This document shows, in pieces, positions 49,696 to 59,750 of a stretch of 64,000 nucleotides of DNA. Each line of letters starts with the position of its first letter. Within the stretch, counting starts at the first letter, position 1. The translations under genes were made by a program, and so were the position numbers. The stretch lies in assembly GCA_963818965.1 (NCBI GenBank), contig CAWFUG010000009.1, forward strand, positions 384,001 through 448,000, written 5' to 3'. Source of the stretch: an uncultured Verrucomicrobiae bacterium. Its GTDB lineage: Bacteria; Chlamydiota; Chlamydiia; Chlamydiales; Rhabdochlamydiaceae. The notes below the pieces were generated by a model. It saw only the letters and a list, made by a program, of their open reading frames with translations. It did no database searches and was not told the DNA's origin.

Positions 49696-49727
49696 CTTGC
49701 ATTTCAGCTGCGTCTTATTTTCAAAGA

Positions 49728-50036
49728 TTAAAATCTTCGGGAGCGCTGGAAAAAAAGATAAGAGAAAAAGGCGCCGGCAAGCGTTAAAAGTCCTCCAATG
49801 ATGATGTAAATCAAGGAAGCTTTGTGGATTATTGGGGGGACTTCTTTGGGAGGAGTGGGAGTTCCTCCGAAGAATTTAACGACGGGATCCCAGACTTTAT
49901 ATACGAAAAAGTCGGAAGTTTTTTCCCAGGTGCTTTGGGGAATCTCAATAGGATGAAGCGTGTTTATCCCATAGATAACTAGGTAAATACCCACTGCCAA
50001 GAGAACCAAACTGCCCACGCGTTTGAAATAAATCAT
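49728..50036 (-). CDS. Small two-TM membrane protein
   Basis: Two hydrophobic helices. Confidence 0.65.
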   Translation of the reverse strand: MIYFKRVGSLVLLAVGIYLVIYGINTLHPIEIPQSTWEKTSDFFVYKVWDPVVKFFGGTPTPPKEVPPIIHKASLIYIIIGGLLTLAGAFFSYLFFQRSRRF

Positions 50037-50050
50037 GATTTGCTCTTTGC

Positions 50051-50884
50051 TTATTTCAGCGTGATGGTGCGCTCTACGTCGTTGAAGAGGCCGGGGACGC
50101 GCTTATTTTTGGGGTCGAGTAGCTCCAAACGGATCTTGTGCATTCCCTTTTTGAGCCCGTAGATGTAGTGGGGCTGCCAAGAGGTCAACTGCCTTTGTAT
50201 ATTACCATCGATAGTCAGCCGTACCTTGTACCCATCCTTGGAGAGGGTGCAATGGGTCAGATAGAAGTCGAGCAGCACGGGCTTGGGTTTCTTTTCATTA
50301 TAGGGGATGTCCCCTTGAGGAAAATTGTAGGTGAGATAGGGAGCTGAGAGATCGACTTTCGGGTTGTCTTTCTTCTCTTGGAAATAAAAGATGCTGGCCG
50401 TGAAGGCATTTGCCGCTTTGATGCTCTCGTGGTAGGAGCGGCAGGGGTAGGCGCGGATGACGTGCATTCCCGGTTGTAGCTTGAAGGGGATTTCAAAATT
50501 AGCGGTTTGATCGAAGTAGTTTTCGATGTCATCTAGGGCGTCGAGAAAGGCCTCGCTGACGGAGAAGTAGGGCTCATTGTCGATCATGATATGGACCGAT
50601 TGCCCTTCTGGGTCATTCCAAACCTCATTCCTTCTGGGATTATCTTCTGTGTCTACCCCTAATGCGATCCCATCGACCCGGATCTGTCCTTTGATGGGGG
50701 CCGATTTTTTGAGCTCGCCGTATTTGGGAAAGAGGATTTTCGTTTCCACCGCGTTCGGATCGGGAGAGGGATCGACAGGAACGACGCGTATGCTGTGCGG
50801 ATTAGCCTGTTGTTCTTTCAGTTCTGCGGCAAAGTTTGAAGAAAAGAGCAGTGAGAAGACGGTAGTAAGTAGGCTTAGGCGCAT
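50051..50884 (-). CDS. Exported hypothetical protein (two related beta-rich domains)
   Basis: Signal-like MRLSLL...FAA; HIMIDNEPY, GMHVIRAYP, GMHKIRLELLD; AGGAG upstream. Confidence 0.75.
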   Translation of the reverse strand: MRLSLLTTVFSLLFSSNFAAELKEQQANPHSIRVVPVDPSPDPNAVETKILFPKYGELKKSAPIKGQIRVDGIALGVDTEDNPRRNEVWNDPEGQSVHIMIDNEPYFSVSEAFLDALDDIENYFDQTANFEIPFKLQPGMHVIRAYPCRSYHESIKAANAFTASIFYFQEKKDNPKVDLSAPYLTYNFPQGDIPYNEKKPKPVLLDFYLTHCTLSKDGYKVRLTIDGNIQRQLTSWQPHYIYGLKKGMHKIRLELLDPKNKRVPGLFNDVERTITLK

Positions 50885-50900
50885 AAGGATTCTCCTAGTA

Positions 50901-50965
50901 TACACCCAAGTGAACTCAAAAGGTGGCGCAGTCCTATCGCCAACGTTTGAATTCACTTGGGTATA
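50901..50965. mobile_element. About 65-bp MITE-like inverted-repeat element
   Basis: ACCCAAGTGAACTCAAAAGGTGGCG...CGCCAACGTTTGAATTCACTTGGGT with TA flanks. Confidence 0.7.
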
Positions 50966-51010
50966 AAATTTGTGTTTACAGTTTTTCTTTTTTTTCGTCT
51001 ATTGATAAGT

Positions 51011-52006
51011 ATGTCGATTGAGATTCTGATTCTGATTATTTTCTTGGGGCTGTTGTTCGATTATACGAACGGCTTTCACGATGCCGCTAATGTGGTCTCC
51101 ACAGTCATTGCCACGCGCGTACTCGCTCCTTTTACTGCCATTACTCTAGCAGCCCTGCTCAACTTCATCGGAGCGACGCACATCAGCGGGGTTGCCCAGA
51201 CGATCGCAACGGGTCTGGTTAATTCCCAAGACGCCTCTCAACTCGTCATTCTCTGTGCACTGATCGGGGCCATCGTCTGGAATTTTGCGACGTGGTATTT
51301 CGGGATCCCGAGCAGCTCTTCCTACGCTCTTGTCGGAGGGCTGGTCGGCGCCGCTTGGATCGCTCAAGGGTCGGAGAGTGTCATTTGGGGAGGGGTGATC
51401 TATAAAGTGATGATCCCGATGGTCGTTTCCCCTCTAGCAGGATTCCTCCTCGCCTTTTGTCTGATGAAAGGGCTGAGTCGGTTGTTGCGCTCTCCCTGGC
51501 TCCACCGTCGGAAGAAGATCTTCTCCCACCTTCAGATCGCCTCTGCGAGTTTAGTCGCCCTCGCTCACGGGCTCAACGATGCTCAAAAGAGCATGGGGAT
51601 CATCACATTAGGGCTTTTTACGGCAAATGTGATCTCGACCACGCACATCCCCCTCTGGGTGATTTTGGCGTGCGCGGTCATGATGGGGATAGGGACAGCC
51701 TCGGGAGGGTTTCGGGTCATCCGGACTGTCGGATTCGAAATCACAAAACTCGAACCCTTTCAGGGATTCGCCTCAGAGATGAGCGCCTCTTGTGTCATCT
51801 TGGTCGCCAGCTTCTTAGGATTCCCCATCAGCTCTACCCACATGATCGTAGGTTCGATCACAGGGGTGGGAGCTGCCAAGGGGATGAGACGGGTGCGTTG
51901 GACGACATTCAAAAAACTCACCCTCACCTGGATCTTCACCCTGCCGGGAGCTGCCCTGGTCGCAGGCGGGTTTTTAAAGCTATTTACAATGTTGAATCTG
52001 TTTTAG
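51011..52006 (+). CDS. PiT-family inorganic phosphate transporter
   Basis: NGFHDAAN, GIPSSSS, AHGLNDAQKSMG, PISSTH. Confidence 0.93.
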   Translation: MSIEILILIIFLGLLFDYTNGFHDAANVVSTVIATRVLAPFTAITLAALLNFIGATHISGVAQTIATGLVNSQDASQLVILCALIGAIVWNFATWYFGIPSSSSYALVGGLVGAAWIAQGSESVIWGGVIYKVMIPMVVSPLAGFLLAFCLMKGLSRLLRSPWLHRRKKIFSHLQIASASLVALAHGLNDAQKSMGIITLGLFTANVISTTHIPLWVILACAVMMGIGTASGGFRVIRTVGFEITKLEPFQGFASEMSASCVILVASFLGFPISSTHMIVGSITGVGAAKGMRRVRWTTFKKLTLTWIFTLPGAALVAGGFLKLFTMLNLF

Positions 52007-52085
52007 TTTCGTTTTATTTTTAATTTTATTGATTATTTAATCTTTTTGATTAAAAATAAAATAAGATCGAAACTAAGGTGGTTCC

Positions 52086-54230
52086 ATGCGACGGCGTAAA
52101 GGTCAAGAGGGGCTCTCTGTTGTGCAAGCAGTTGATCATCTGTCTTCTATGGCAGAGATCGATACGTATGCTCCTTTAAATGAGCCGCCTCTCTCCAAAA
52201 AGCGAATACAAACCCTAACGCAGGATGATCCTGAGTATTTTCTCTATCATCGAGACCAGATAAAAGAGACCTTCAGGACGATCCTCAACTATCTCAAAGA
52301 GTTGCATCAAAAAGATAAGGGAAAGCTGCGCGAAGACGAGGTGCAGCGAGGGCTCAAGGCCGTCATTCTCTTAGCCACAGAGGCAGCGGAGAAGCTCGAT
52401 AAGTACGCGGAAGTGGAACAACAGGGAAAGATTACAGAGCTCAAAGAGTACCAGGATCTGATGAAGTTCTACCAGAGCAAGGTATTCCACCGCTTCCAAG
52501 CCCCTCAAGAGGGCACAGAACACTGGCCAGAACAATGGGGATCTCTTGCAGTAGAAAACGCTCAAAAGGGGAGCTTAAAAGGATTAGAGTCTGTGCGCTC
52601 TGATCGAGAATACGAGCTCTTTTACATCAAAAAAGAGGATGGAACGCCCTATTTTAACCGCTCTTTGTTGCGCCATCTTCAGCTTGTCGGGAAATTCGAT
52701 ACGCTGCTCATCGATCCCAAATCGGATGATCTCTTTGGACGCTTGAAAATCATGCAAGATAGAGACTCTCATCACGCCGCCCAAAAAATCTTAAGTGCTG
52801 TATGGGATCAAATCGAAGAGTATTTTAAAGAGGCGATGAAACACAAAGAGATTCCCTATGTCGCAGCAGTCAACCAAGCGATCATGGCCCTCATGCTCAG
52901 TGCCAATACAGCGAATCTCTTGCAAAATACGACAGGAAAGAGCTCTTTGCGCTATTATGCTGATTTCCTCTTATACCTACGCCAAGCGCTCCACTCAGAA
53001 GAATACCGACGTTACCTAACGCACCCTCCGAAGACAGCCGAGCGTTTTTTTTCCCTCGCCTTTAAATTGACCCATCAGCTCAGCGCCCTTGTCTTCTTGC
53101 GATCAGGCTATCAAAAAGAGATGCAGCTGTTCATCCGCCAATTGATCGAAAGGGGGATGGCAGATAGCATAACAGAGAAAGAGAAGAAAAGCCCCTTGGC
53201 CTCTTGGAACATCTTACGCGATGAAGACGCCGCCTTGCGCTCTTTGTTACAAAAGTATCCCAATGGTCCTCTCATAAAGACCCTTTCCCTATTTCAAGAC
53301 GATCTTCCCATGAGCGGCTTTGATCCGATCAAATCGACGCATCTGCCTGCGCAGCTTTACACGCTGGTCAATAACGACATGCATGTGAGTTGCTTGAGAA
53401 TCCCCAGTCCTATCCTCCAAAAAGTAATCCGCAAAGCAGAGATCGCTGAAGAATTTTACGGGTTTTTAAGGAGTCTTAGCTCCAAAGGAACCCATCAACA
53501 CCATCTTCTCATCAACCTTCAGGACCGCACCTCGTGGCAGGAGCACACGCGCTGTGTCGCTCTAGAAGAGATCCCTGAAAAAGAAGATTTTTCAGCCGTA
53601 TTGAGCGTCGTGACCCTTCCCAAAAGTGGCGATTTTTACTGGCAGAGCGCCGAATATCTCGATCGCGACGATGCGAGCGAATTCATCCAACAGTTTAAGA
53701 GTCAAATTGCAAGCGGAGAGCAGTGCGGCTTTTTCTTCCCTAAAACGATCGACAAAAAGCAACTGGCTACATTTTCCACTCAAGCATTCCAAACGATCCA
53801 TACCCTCTTCTTCGGCGGAAAAAAGATGTTGACCCATCGCAACCGACTCGATTTCATCGAGATCTTCTACATCCTGTTAACTCTCAAGCTCATCGAAGAG
53901 AGCTCCCCAGATAGTATGAGCTTCACCTGTAAGGACGCCCTCGATACAGGCATCGTCCACAGCGCCGAGCTCTTCGCCTTCCTGCGGTTGCTCAATGACC
54001 CTTCCCCCTGTACCAAGGAAGAGCGCGACTTCTTCGTCTGGATGCTCTATGCCCCTGCTTTGGAGGCCCGTTTCCGGGCGATCGAGCCCAAGGCCTTGGA
54101 TCGGATGCTCGGGGCCATCAGCCTCATCCACGGCGAGCTCGAGGCCCACCGCACCGCCATTGTGGCCGGCTGCGGCCAGCTCTACAAGCGGCAGTTCTTT
54201 AAAGACTTGATTATCAAGGACTTCGTTTAG
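52086..54230 (+). CDS. Hypothetical protein (714 aa)
   Basis: Long ORF; LINLQDR and SFTCKDALD motifs. Confidence 0.75.
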   Translation: MRRRKGQEGLSVVQAVDHLSSMAEIDTYAPLNEPPLSKKRIQTLTQDDPEYFLYHRDQIKETFRTILNYLKELHQKDKGKLREDEVQRGLKAVILLATEAAEKLDKYAEVEQQGKITELKEYQDLMKFYQSKVFHRFQAPQEGTEHWPEQWGSLAVENAQKGSLKGLESVRSDREYELFYIKKEDGTPYFNRSLLRHLQLVGKFDTLLIDPKSDDLFGRLKIMQDRDSHHAAQKILSAVWDQIEEYFKEAMKHKEIPYVAAVNQAIMALMLSANTANLLQNTTGKSSLRYYADFLLYLRQALHSEEYRRYLTHPPKTAERFFSLAFKLTHQLSALVFLRSGYQKEMQLFIRQLIERGMADSITEKEKKSPLASWNILRDEDAALRSLLQKYPNGPLIKTLSLFQDDLPMSGFDPIKSTHLPAQLYTLVNNDMHVSCLRIPSPILQKVIRKAEIAEEFYGFLRSLSSKGTHQHHLLINLQDRTSWQEHTRCVALEEIPEKEDFSAVLSVVTLPKSGDFYWQSAEYLDRDDASEFIQQFKSQIASGEQCGFFFPKTIDKKQLATFSTQAFQTIHTLFFGGKKMLTHRNRLDFIEIFYILLTLKLIEESSPDSMSFTCKDALDTGIVHSAELFAFLRLLNDPSPCTKEERDFFVWMLYAPALEARFRAIEPKALDRMLGAISLIHGELEAHRTAIVAGCGQLYKRQFFKDLIIKDFV

Positions 54231-54419
54231 TGTTTTTCTTTCTTTTCCTCTGCTCAGCTTCTGGCGATTGATCGTAAGTGGTTTGTAGTCAATCGTTTGC
54301 GGTTTTTAGCTGGTTTAGCTTCTTTTAATTAATTGTTTTATTTAACTTTTGTTTTTTATATAATTATGTTTAGTAGGTTTTTTGTTTTTTTAATTAATTT
54401 AATAAAATGTGAGGTTTTT

Positions 54420-55058
54420 ATGGCGTTTGGTATTGATGGCGTCCAGTCCATGTCCTATAATAGAACAAAATTAACTAGTGGAGCAACTAGAGGAGGGGCG
54501 GGGCATACAGGAGGCGAAGTAATCAACAGAGGTCAGTTTGTTAGTAGTACACAGCCTTATAATAGAGGGAATTCAAAGGTAAATACTCGTGTGACAGTAG
54601 TTGCCTTAAAAGTTACTGCAGAAAAAAAACCGGTTCAGAGAGCACAAACTCTACCTTCTACTCAATCCAATGAAAGGGCTGCTTTTTTTAAAAGATATGA
54701 TGGGGTACGCGCACAGCAATTATCCAAACCGCAAGATATATCCAAAGCTCAAACGATGGAAAATGAAGAGCCGAGAGATCATTTGAATTCCAATCCATTC
54801 TCTGTAACTGCCTTGACTCTAACACAACCCTCTCCATCGCAAGCCATAGCTATACCCGAACCTCAAAAGAAAGAAGGTGAAGAATCGAGCAATGGTTCAA
54901 GTCCTGAGTTATACTCTGTAACAGACCCAACTATAACAAAAGCGCGGAACTTTATGGATCGTGTTATAAACCGGGCGGGGCAGACTCCTGAAGTCTCTTT
55001 TGGGTCTTCAGATTCAGGGTCTTCTGTTGATGAGAAAGATAAGGACTACTACTGCTAA
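54420..55058 (+). CDS. Low-complexity Ser/Thr-rich hypothetical protein
   Basis: GAGG before ATG 54420; disorder-type composition. Confidence 0.6.
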   Translation: MAFGIDGVQSMSYNRTKLTSGATRGGAGHTGGEVINRGQFVSSTQPYNRGNSKVNTRVTVVALKVTAEKKPVQRAQTLPSTQSNERAAFFKRYDGVRAQQLSKPQDISKAQTMENEEPRDHLNSNPFSVTALTLTQPSPSQAIAIPEPQKKEGEESSNGSSPELYSVTDPTITKARNFMDRVINRAGQTPEVSFGSSDSGSSVDEKDKDYYC

Positions 55059-55098
55059 TAGTTATACTCTGCCCGCTATAAAAATCCCTGCCGCCAGG

Positions 55099-55255
55099 TT
55101 GGGTATAACCACAGAGATGGAAAACCACAGAGAGGAAATTTTTTAATATGAATTTCCTCTCTGTGGTTTTCCATCTCTGTGGTGAGATTGCATATATTCA
55201 GAATGGAGTGATGGGGAGCTAGATTAGGTCCTCATGAATTACGCAACAACGCCTA
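55099..55255. repeat. Uninterrupted type A composite repeat (empty site for the MITE)
   Basis: Palindrome from 55107 plus the arm TGCATATATTCAGAATGG...CAACGCCTA. Confidence 0.85.
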
Positions 55256-55535
55256 AGGATTACCCCACTTCATCCCTACATACCTTCCCAGTTTCTAAGT
55301 AATTTTTCACCTTCAGAAGGGGTCATTTCTAAAAAATACTTACACATGGAAAAAGTATTAGCGGGAATTGTTAAAAAAAAAGTTAACATTTTTCGCAGGC
55401 GAAAAAATGAAGTTACGACAGGAATGAGTTGTGAAATATTTTAAACTTACCTCAATATTGACAATATAGATAAAATATATGAAAATATGTACATGAAATA
55501 ACGGTTTTTTTAACAAAAAGTAGTAAGGTGGTTTT

Positions 55536-56835
55536 ATGTCTTTTCTTAGTTCGATCGGAAAATCCAAGGTAATTGACAGTTCCTCATCCTCCTCGTCCTC
55601 ATCAGACGTAGCACCCACACAAACCCGTTCAAAAATGGGGAAGACGTCAAACCCCAGACAATACACCACAAGCCGAGCAACTACTACTACGACTACTACT
55701 AAAACCGCTAATGCATTCTTGGAGTCATCATCCTCATCAGACTCAGCACCCACACAAACCCGCTTAAAAAGTACGAGGGACGTCAAATCCTAGACAATAC
55801 ACCGCAAGCCGAGGAACCTCTTCGAATAAGCCCACCACTACTACGACTACTACTAAAATCAGTAAGGCGTTCTTTGAGTCATCTTCCTCATCGTCTGACT
55901 CAGGACCTACTAGCGCATTATCCTCATCAACCCGTTCAAAACTTTGGGATGTTTCAGATCTCAGTCGATCCAAGACGAGCCAAGCGAGCTCTTCGAATAA
56001 GTCCAATACCACTAAACCCCGTGCATTCTTCGATAGTTCCTCCTCATCATCAAGCGAAAGCACCTCTTCTTCAAGTTCAGAAGACCTTCAAGCACGACGA
56101 CGCACTCCACAAAAAACCAAGAAGCAGAGTTCAGCTTCTAAGTCTAGTAAATCGGCTTCTAAGCCTACTAAGTCAGATGAAAAAAAACTGGCCGCAGAGT
56201 TGGCAGCGTTGGCTAAGATCGAAAAATTAGCTCAGAGAGGTGTGATTATTTTTTATGATGATAGCTTTACACCGTTAACAGGATGTTTTGGTAATTTTCA
56301 TATTTGCGAAAATCCGATTGAATTCGAAGGTCACTCTTATTCCAATTCTGAGGCGGCTTTTCAGGCTCAAAAATTCGCTAATAACAAAGATCTGCAAGCG
56401 ACGTTTAAGAAATTCAATCGAAACACTACTGGCAAAGAAGCTCTTGCGCTAGGTAAAACTCGTCTCTCCCCAGAACAAGTCGCTAAGTGGGATAGGTCTA
56501 AGTTCGATGTCATGTACGATATTTTGCAAGCAAAATTCGATTGTAACGAAGCTCTCCAGAAAAAATTGCTGGCTACTGGAGATGCCCTACTCGTCGAACA
56601 CTTACCCGATCCTCACAGGAGCGATACATTTTGGAGCGATGGATTCTATGGACCCGGAGGGGAGCATGGAACAGAAACTGAAAAAGGAGGAAACAATCTG
56701 GGGATGTGCCTAATGTGGGTGCGCCATGGCTATCAAGATCAAATGCAGGGCACTAAGACTCAATTTGATCAAGCGCGTTACGAGGCGCAATATCGAAAGC
56801 TAGACTTTCCAAATTTGGGTGACTTGCGAGCCTAG
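55536..56835 (+). pseudogene. Ser/Thr-repeat protein with a C-terminal NADAR (YbiA-like) domain, split by a 1-nt frameshift
   Basis: FGNF, SEAAFQAQKF, LLATGDALLVEH, D.FW.DG, GNNLG.CLM.VR. The NADAR frame is open back to about 55780, where one repeat copy carries an extra base. Confidence 0.75.
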
Positions 56836-56864
56836 GGGCCTGTTTAAACGCTCCGCACTCGATA

Positions 56865-56900
56865 GAAAGGGGAGACCTCATCAGAGGCTCCCCTTTTTTT
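56865..56900. terminator. Bidirectional terminator between convergent genes
   Basis: AAAGGGGAG.CCTC...GAGGCTCCCCTTTTTTT. Confidence 0.65.
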
Positions 56901-58101
56901 ATTCCCCTTCCGCATCCAGCAGCTGCTGGTTATAGAGCTTAAGGCTGCTAGAGAGCGCCTCAGCTTGTCTCAAGAGCTCGGCGAAGTCGCGGCGGAAGGC
57001 GTCGTCACTGAGGATCTCTTCTTTTTTCGGGTTATATTGGGCTCTGTCGATGAGTTGAGAGAGGCGGGACATCGCCGTATTGATGTCGTCCACTTCTGTT
57101 TCGAAGTAGTGTTTAAAGCTTTGTGGGGTATCGAGGGCATTCATCGTGGTGATTTGTTGGGAGCGTAGACGCTGCCAGGTCTTGTTGAGGTGGAAGAGGA
57201 TGCCGTAGTTATTGATGTCGTTCATCATGGTGTTGACCTTGCTCATGATGGCGGTGACTCTCAGGTAGAGGTCATCCCCTTTGATCAATTTGCCAAGCGT
57301 TCCTGTGCCACTTGCGATATCGCAGGTGATTGAATTGATGTAGGAAGAAGCGCTTTTTAGGTTGTTCATCATGACGCCAGCATTTGCAAACACCTGGGCA
57401 TTTTCGAGCTCATCGATTGCATTGTGGATGCTGACAACGGTATCTTTTGCCTCATTGACCATCGATTGAATATCGAGGATCACTTCTGAATCATTGACTG
57501 TTTGGACGGCTTCTTTAATCTCATCCATCGCATTGGCAAAGCTCGTGACGGCATAGCCCATCTCGTCGGAATTTTTCCGCAGCCACTGATTGACCTGTTG
57601 GAAGGTGGTCTGCATCTCTGTGGCGAGGTCGGATAGTTCGGTGAAGGCCTGTTCGATCGGATCTGCCGACTCGGCGTAGATCGGTTGGTTGGTGATGAGT
57701 TTAGGAACGACCCCTTTAGGGGGGGCTTTGGGCATGATGGCGATCGATTTTTCACCGAGAAGGCCAGAGGTTTGGATGATCACATCATCTGTGTCATAGA
57801 CTTTGATGTGAGAATCGACTTTTAAGACGAGTTGGTAGTAATAGACGTCGCCCATCACGTCGATTAGGGGTTTTTGCCTTGCGTTATAGATCTCATCGAT
57901 CGCGACGACTTCTCCGACGGGTTTTCCCGCAAAGAGCACGCGCGTGCCGACATTAATGCGGTTGATATTGGCAAAGCGGACGTAGAGGGTTTCTTTTCCA
58001 TCTCCTACAGAGGGTTTTAAGAAGAGGGTCAGCCAGACGATCAGGGCACAGGCAGCGATGACAAAGACCCCGATCAGCATGTTTTTGGTCTGTTCACCCA
58101 T
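56899..58101 (-). CDS. mlaD: MCE/MlaD-family protein with a long helical tail
   Basis: IGVFV TM segment, VGTRVLFAGKPVGEV, TSGLLGEKSI. Confidence 0.85.
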   Translation of the reverse strand: MGEQTKNMLIGVFVIAACALIVWLTLFLKPSVGDGKETLYVRFANINRINVGTRVLFAGKPVGEVVAIDEIYNARQKPLIDVMGDVYYYQLVLKVDSHIKVYDTDDVIIQTSGLLGEKSIAIMPKAPPKGVVPKLITNQPIYAESADPIEQAFTELSDLATEMQTTFQQVNQWLRKNSDEMGYAVTSFANAMDEIKEAVQTVNDSEVILDIQSMVNEAKDTVVSIHNAIDELENAQVFANAGVMMNNLKSASSYINSITCDIASGTGTLGKLIKGDDLYLRVTAIMSKVNTMMNDINNYGILFHLNKTWQRLRSQQITTMNALDTPQSFKHYFETEVDDINTAMSRLSQLIDRAQYNPKKEEILSDDAFRRDFAELLRQAEALSSSLKLYNQQLLDAEGE

Positions 58102-58876
58102 GGTGGTTTTTCTCCTTTAAGGTTCTGGGATCTTGAGAGATCGTACAATAGAGGAATTTAATAAGGGGATCGTCGATCTTCAAGAAAGCGTCTGGTTCTG
58201 CGATGTGTGCGATTTTTCCATCGCGAATGAGTGCGAGCCGGTCTCCGACGTAGAGAGCAGAGAACATGTCGTGTGTGACTACGATACTCGTCGCTTTGAG
58301 CTCTTCTTTGGTTTTGACGATGAGTTCATTGATCTGCATGGCGATGATTGGGTCTAGACCTGTCGTCGGTTCATCGTAGAGGATGATTTTAGGACGGTAG
58401 ACGATGACACGCGCGAGTGCTGCTCTTTTGCGCATCCCTCCAGAAAGCTCTGAGGGCATTTTTTTATGCGTTCCCTGAAGGCCGACGAGTTCGAGAGCAT
58501 AGGAGACGCGGTCTGCGATCTCTTTCTTTGAGAGTCTTTTTCCCGTTTCTAAATCGCCGTGTTCTGTCAGGTAGAAGCCGGTATTTTCTTCCACATTCAT
58601 CGAATCGAAGAGGGCGCCTCCTTGAAAGAGCATTCCCATTTGGTGGATGAATTTAAAGAGTTCTGATCGGTCGAGGTCGGTGATGCGCAAGCTGTCGATG
58701 TCAATCGTCCCTGCATCGGGTTTTAAGAGGCCGATGATGTGCTTGAGCAGCACACTCTTGCCGATTCCCGAAGGGCCGAGGATGACGACGGTCTCTCCTT
58801 CTTCAATCTGGAGGTCGAGCCCGCTTAAGACCTGTACTTTTCCAAATTTCTTCCACAAGTTGCAAATCTTAATCAT
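58094..58876 (-). CDS. mlaF: MlaF-family ABC ATPase
   Basis: GPSGIGKS, LFQGGALFDS, LSGGMRKR, YDEPTTGLDP. Confidence 0.9.
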   Translation of the reverse strand: MIKICNLWKKFGKVQVLSGLDLQIEEGETVVILGPSGIGKSVLLKHIIGLLKPDAGTIDIDSLRITDLDRSELFKFIHQMGMLFQGGALFDSMNVEENTGFYLTEHGDLETGKRLSKKEIADRVSYALELVGLQGTHKKMPSELSGGMRKRAALARVIVYRPKIILYDEPTTGLDPIIAMQINELIVKTKEELKATSIVVTHDMFSALYVGDRLALIRDGKIAHIAEPDAFLKIDDPLIKFLYCTISQDPRTLKEKNHHG

Positions 58877-59697
58877 AGAAACCTAGAGATTTGGTCGTGG
58901 AGGATATTGAGAGAGACGGTGAGGAAGAAATTAATCAATAGAATGGCGCAATAGGTGATGACGACGCTACTGGTCGTAGCTCTCCCGACACCAGCGGCCC
59001 CGCCCGTGGTGCGCAGCCCCTTAAAACAGGCGATGGTGAGGATGAGGATGCCGAAGATGAATCCCTTGATGATTCCCGTCATAAAGTCGAAATAAGTCAC
59101 GTGAGTCGGGATCGGATCGAAATAGGTATTCGGCGCCATGCCGAAGAAATAGACAGCGATGAGATAGCCCCCAAAAATGCCCATGACGATCCCGAAGATC
59201 GTGAGAAGGGGCATCATGAGGATCCCAGAGATGAATCGAGGCGCTAGAAGGTAGCGATTCGGATTGACGGACATCGTCTGGAGCGCGTCGATCTGTTCTG
59301 AGACGCGCATCGTTCCGAGTTCTGCACACATCGCAGCGCCCACACGCCCTGTCACCATGAATGCCGTCAATACAGGCCCGAGCTCTGTCATCATCGCCTT
59401 AGCGACCATGAGCCCTGTGACAGAAGCGAGGCCTTTATCGGATAATTGATAAAAAGATTGTGCAGCGAGTACGAGCCCTGTCGAAAATCCCGTGATTGCG
59501 ACGACGGGAAGCGACGCGACCCCGATGTCATAGAGCTGTTGAAGGATGAGACGGAGGTGGGGAGGACGCTGCAGTGTCGCTTTAGCGACCTGTAAAATGA
59601 GAGTGATGTATTCCCCGAGGGCGATCACGATCCCCATTCTCTGGAGAACTTTGACCCACGTCGAATGGTTATTCTGATTTTCTACACTAGCTTCCAT
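58873..59697 (-). CDS. mlaE: MlaE-family ABC permease
   Basis: ELGPVLTA...GRVG...AELGTMRVSEQIDAL, GVGRATT. Confidence 0.92.
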   Translation of the reverse strand: MEASVENQNNHSTWVKVLQRMGIVIALGEYITLILQVAKATLQRPPHLRLILQQLYDIGVASLPVVAITGFSTGLVLAAQSFYQLSDKGLASVTGLMVAKAMMTELGPVLTAFMVTGRVGAAMCAELGTMRVSEQIDALQTMSVNPNRYLLAPRFISGILMMPLLTIFGIVMGIFGGYLIAVYFFGMAPNTYFDPIPTHVTYFDFMTGIIKGFIFGILILTIACFKGLRTTGGAAGVGRATTSSVVITYCAILLINFFLTVSLNILHDQISRFL

Positions 59698-59750
59698 ATC
59701 CGCATTGTAGAAAAAATACTATTTTTAGGGACATATCTAATTGATATCCC

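Noticed and set aside
50885..51010. N-terminal extensions of ORFs 50051..50956 and 50957..52006
   Set aside because: They read through the inverted-repeat element; better starts are at 50884 and 51011
55358..56230. ORFs 55358..55786, 55764..56063 and 55874..56230
   Set aside because: They are alternative frames of the Ser/Thr low-complexity repeat region
55536..56835. DarT/NADAR toxin-antitoxin system
   Set aside because: No ADP-ribosyltransferase-like partner is recognisable nearby
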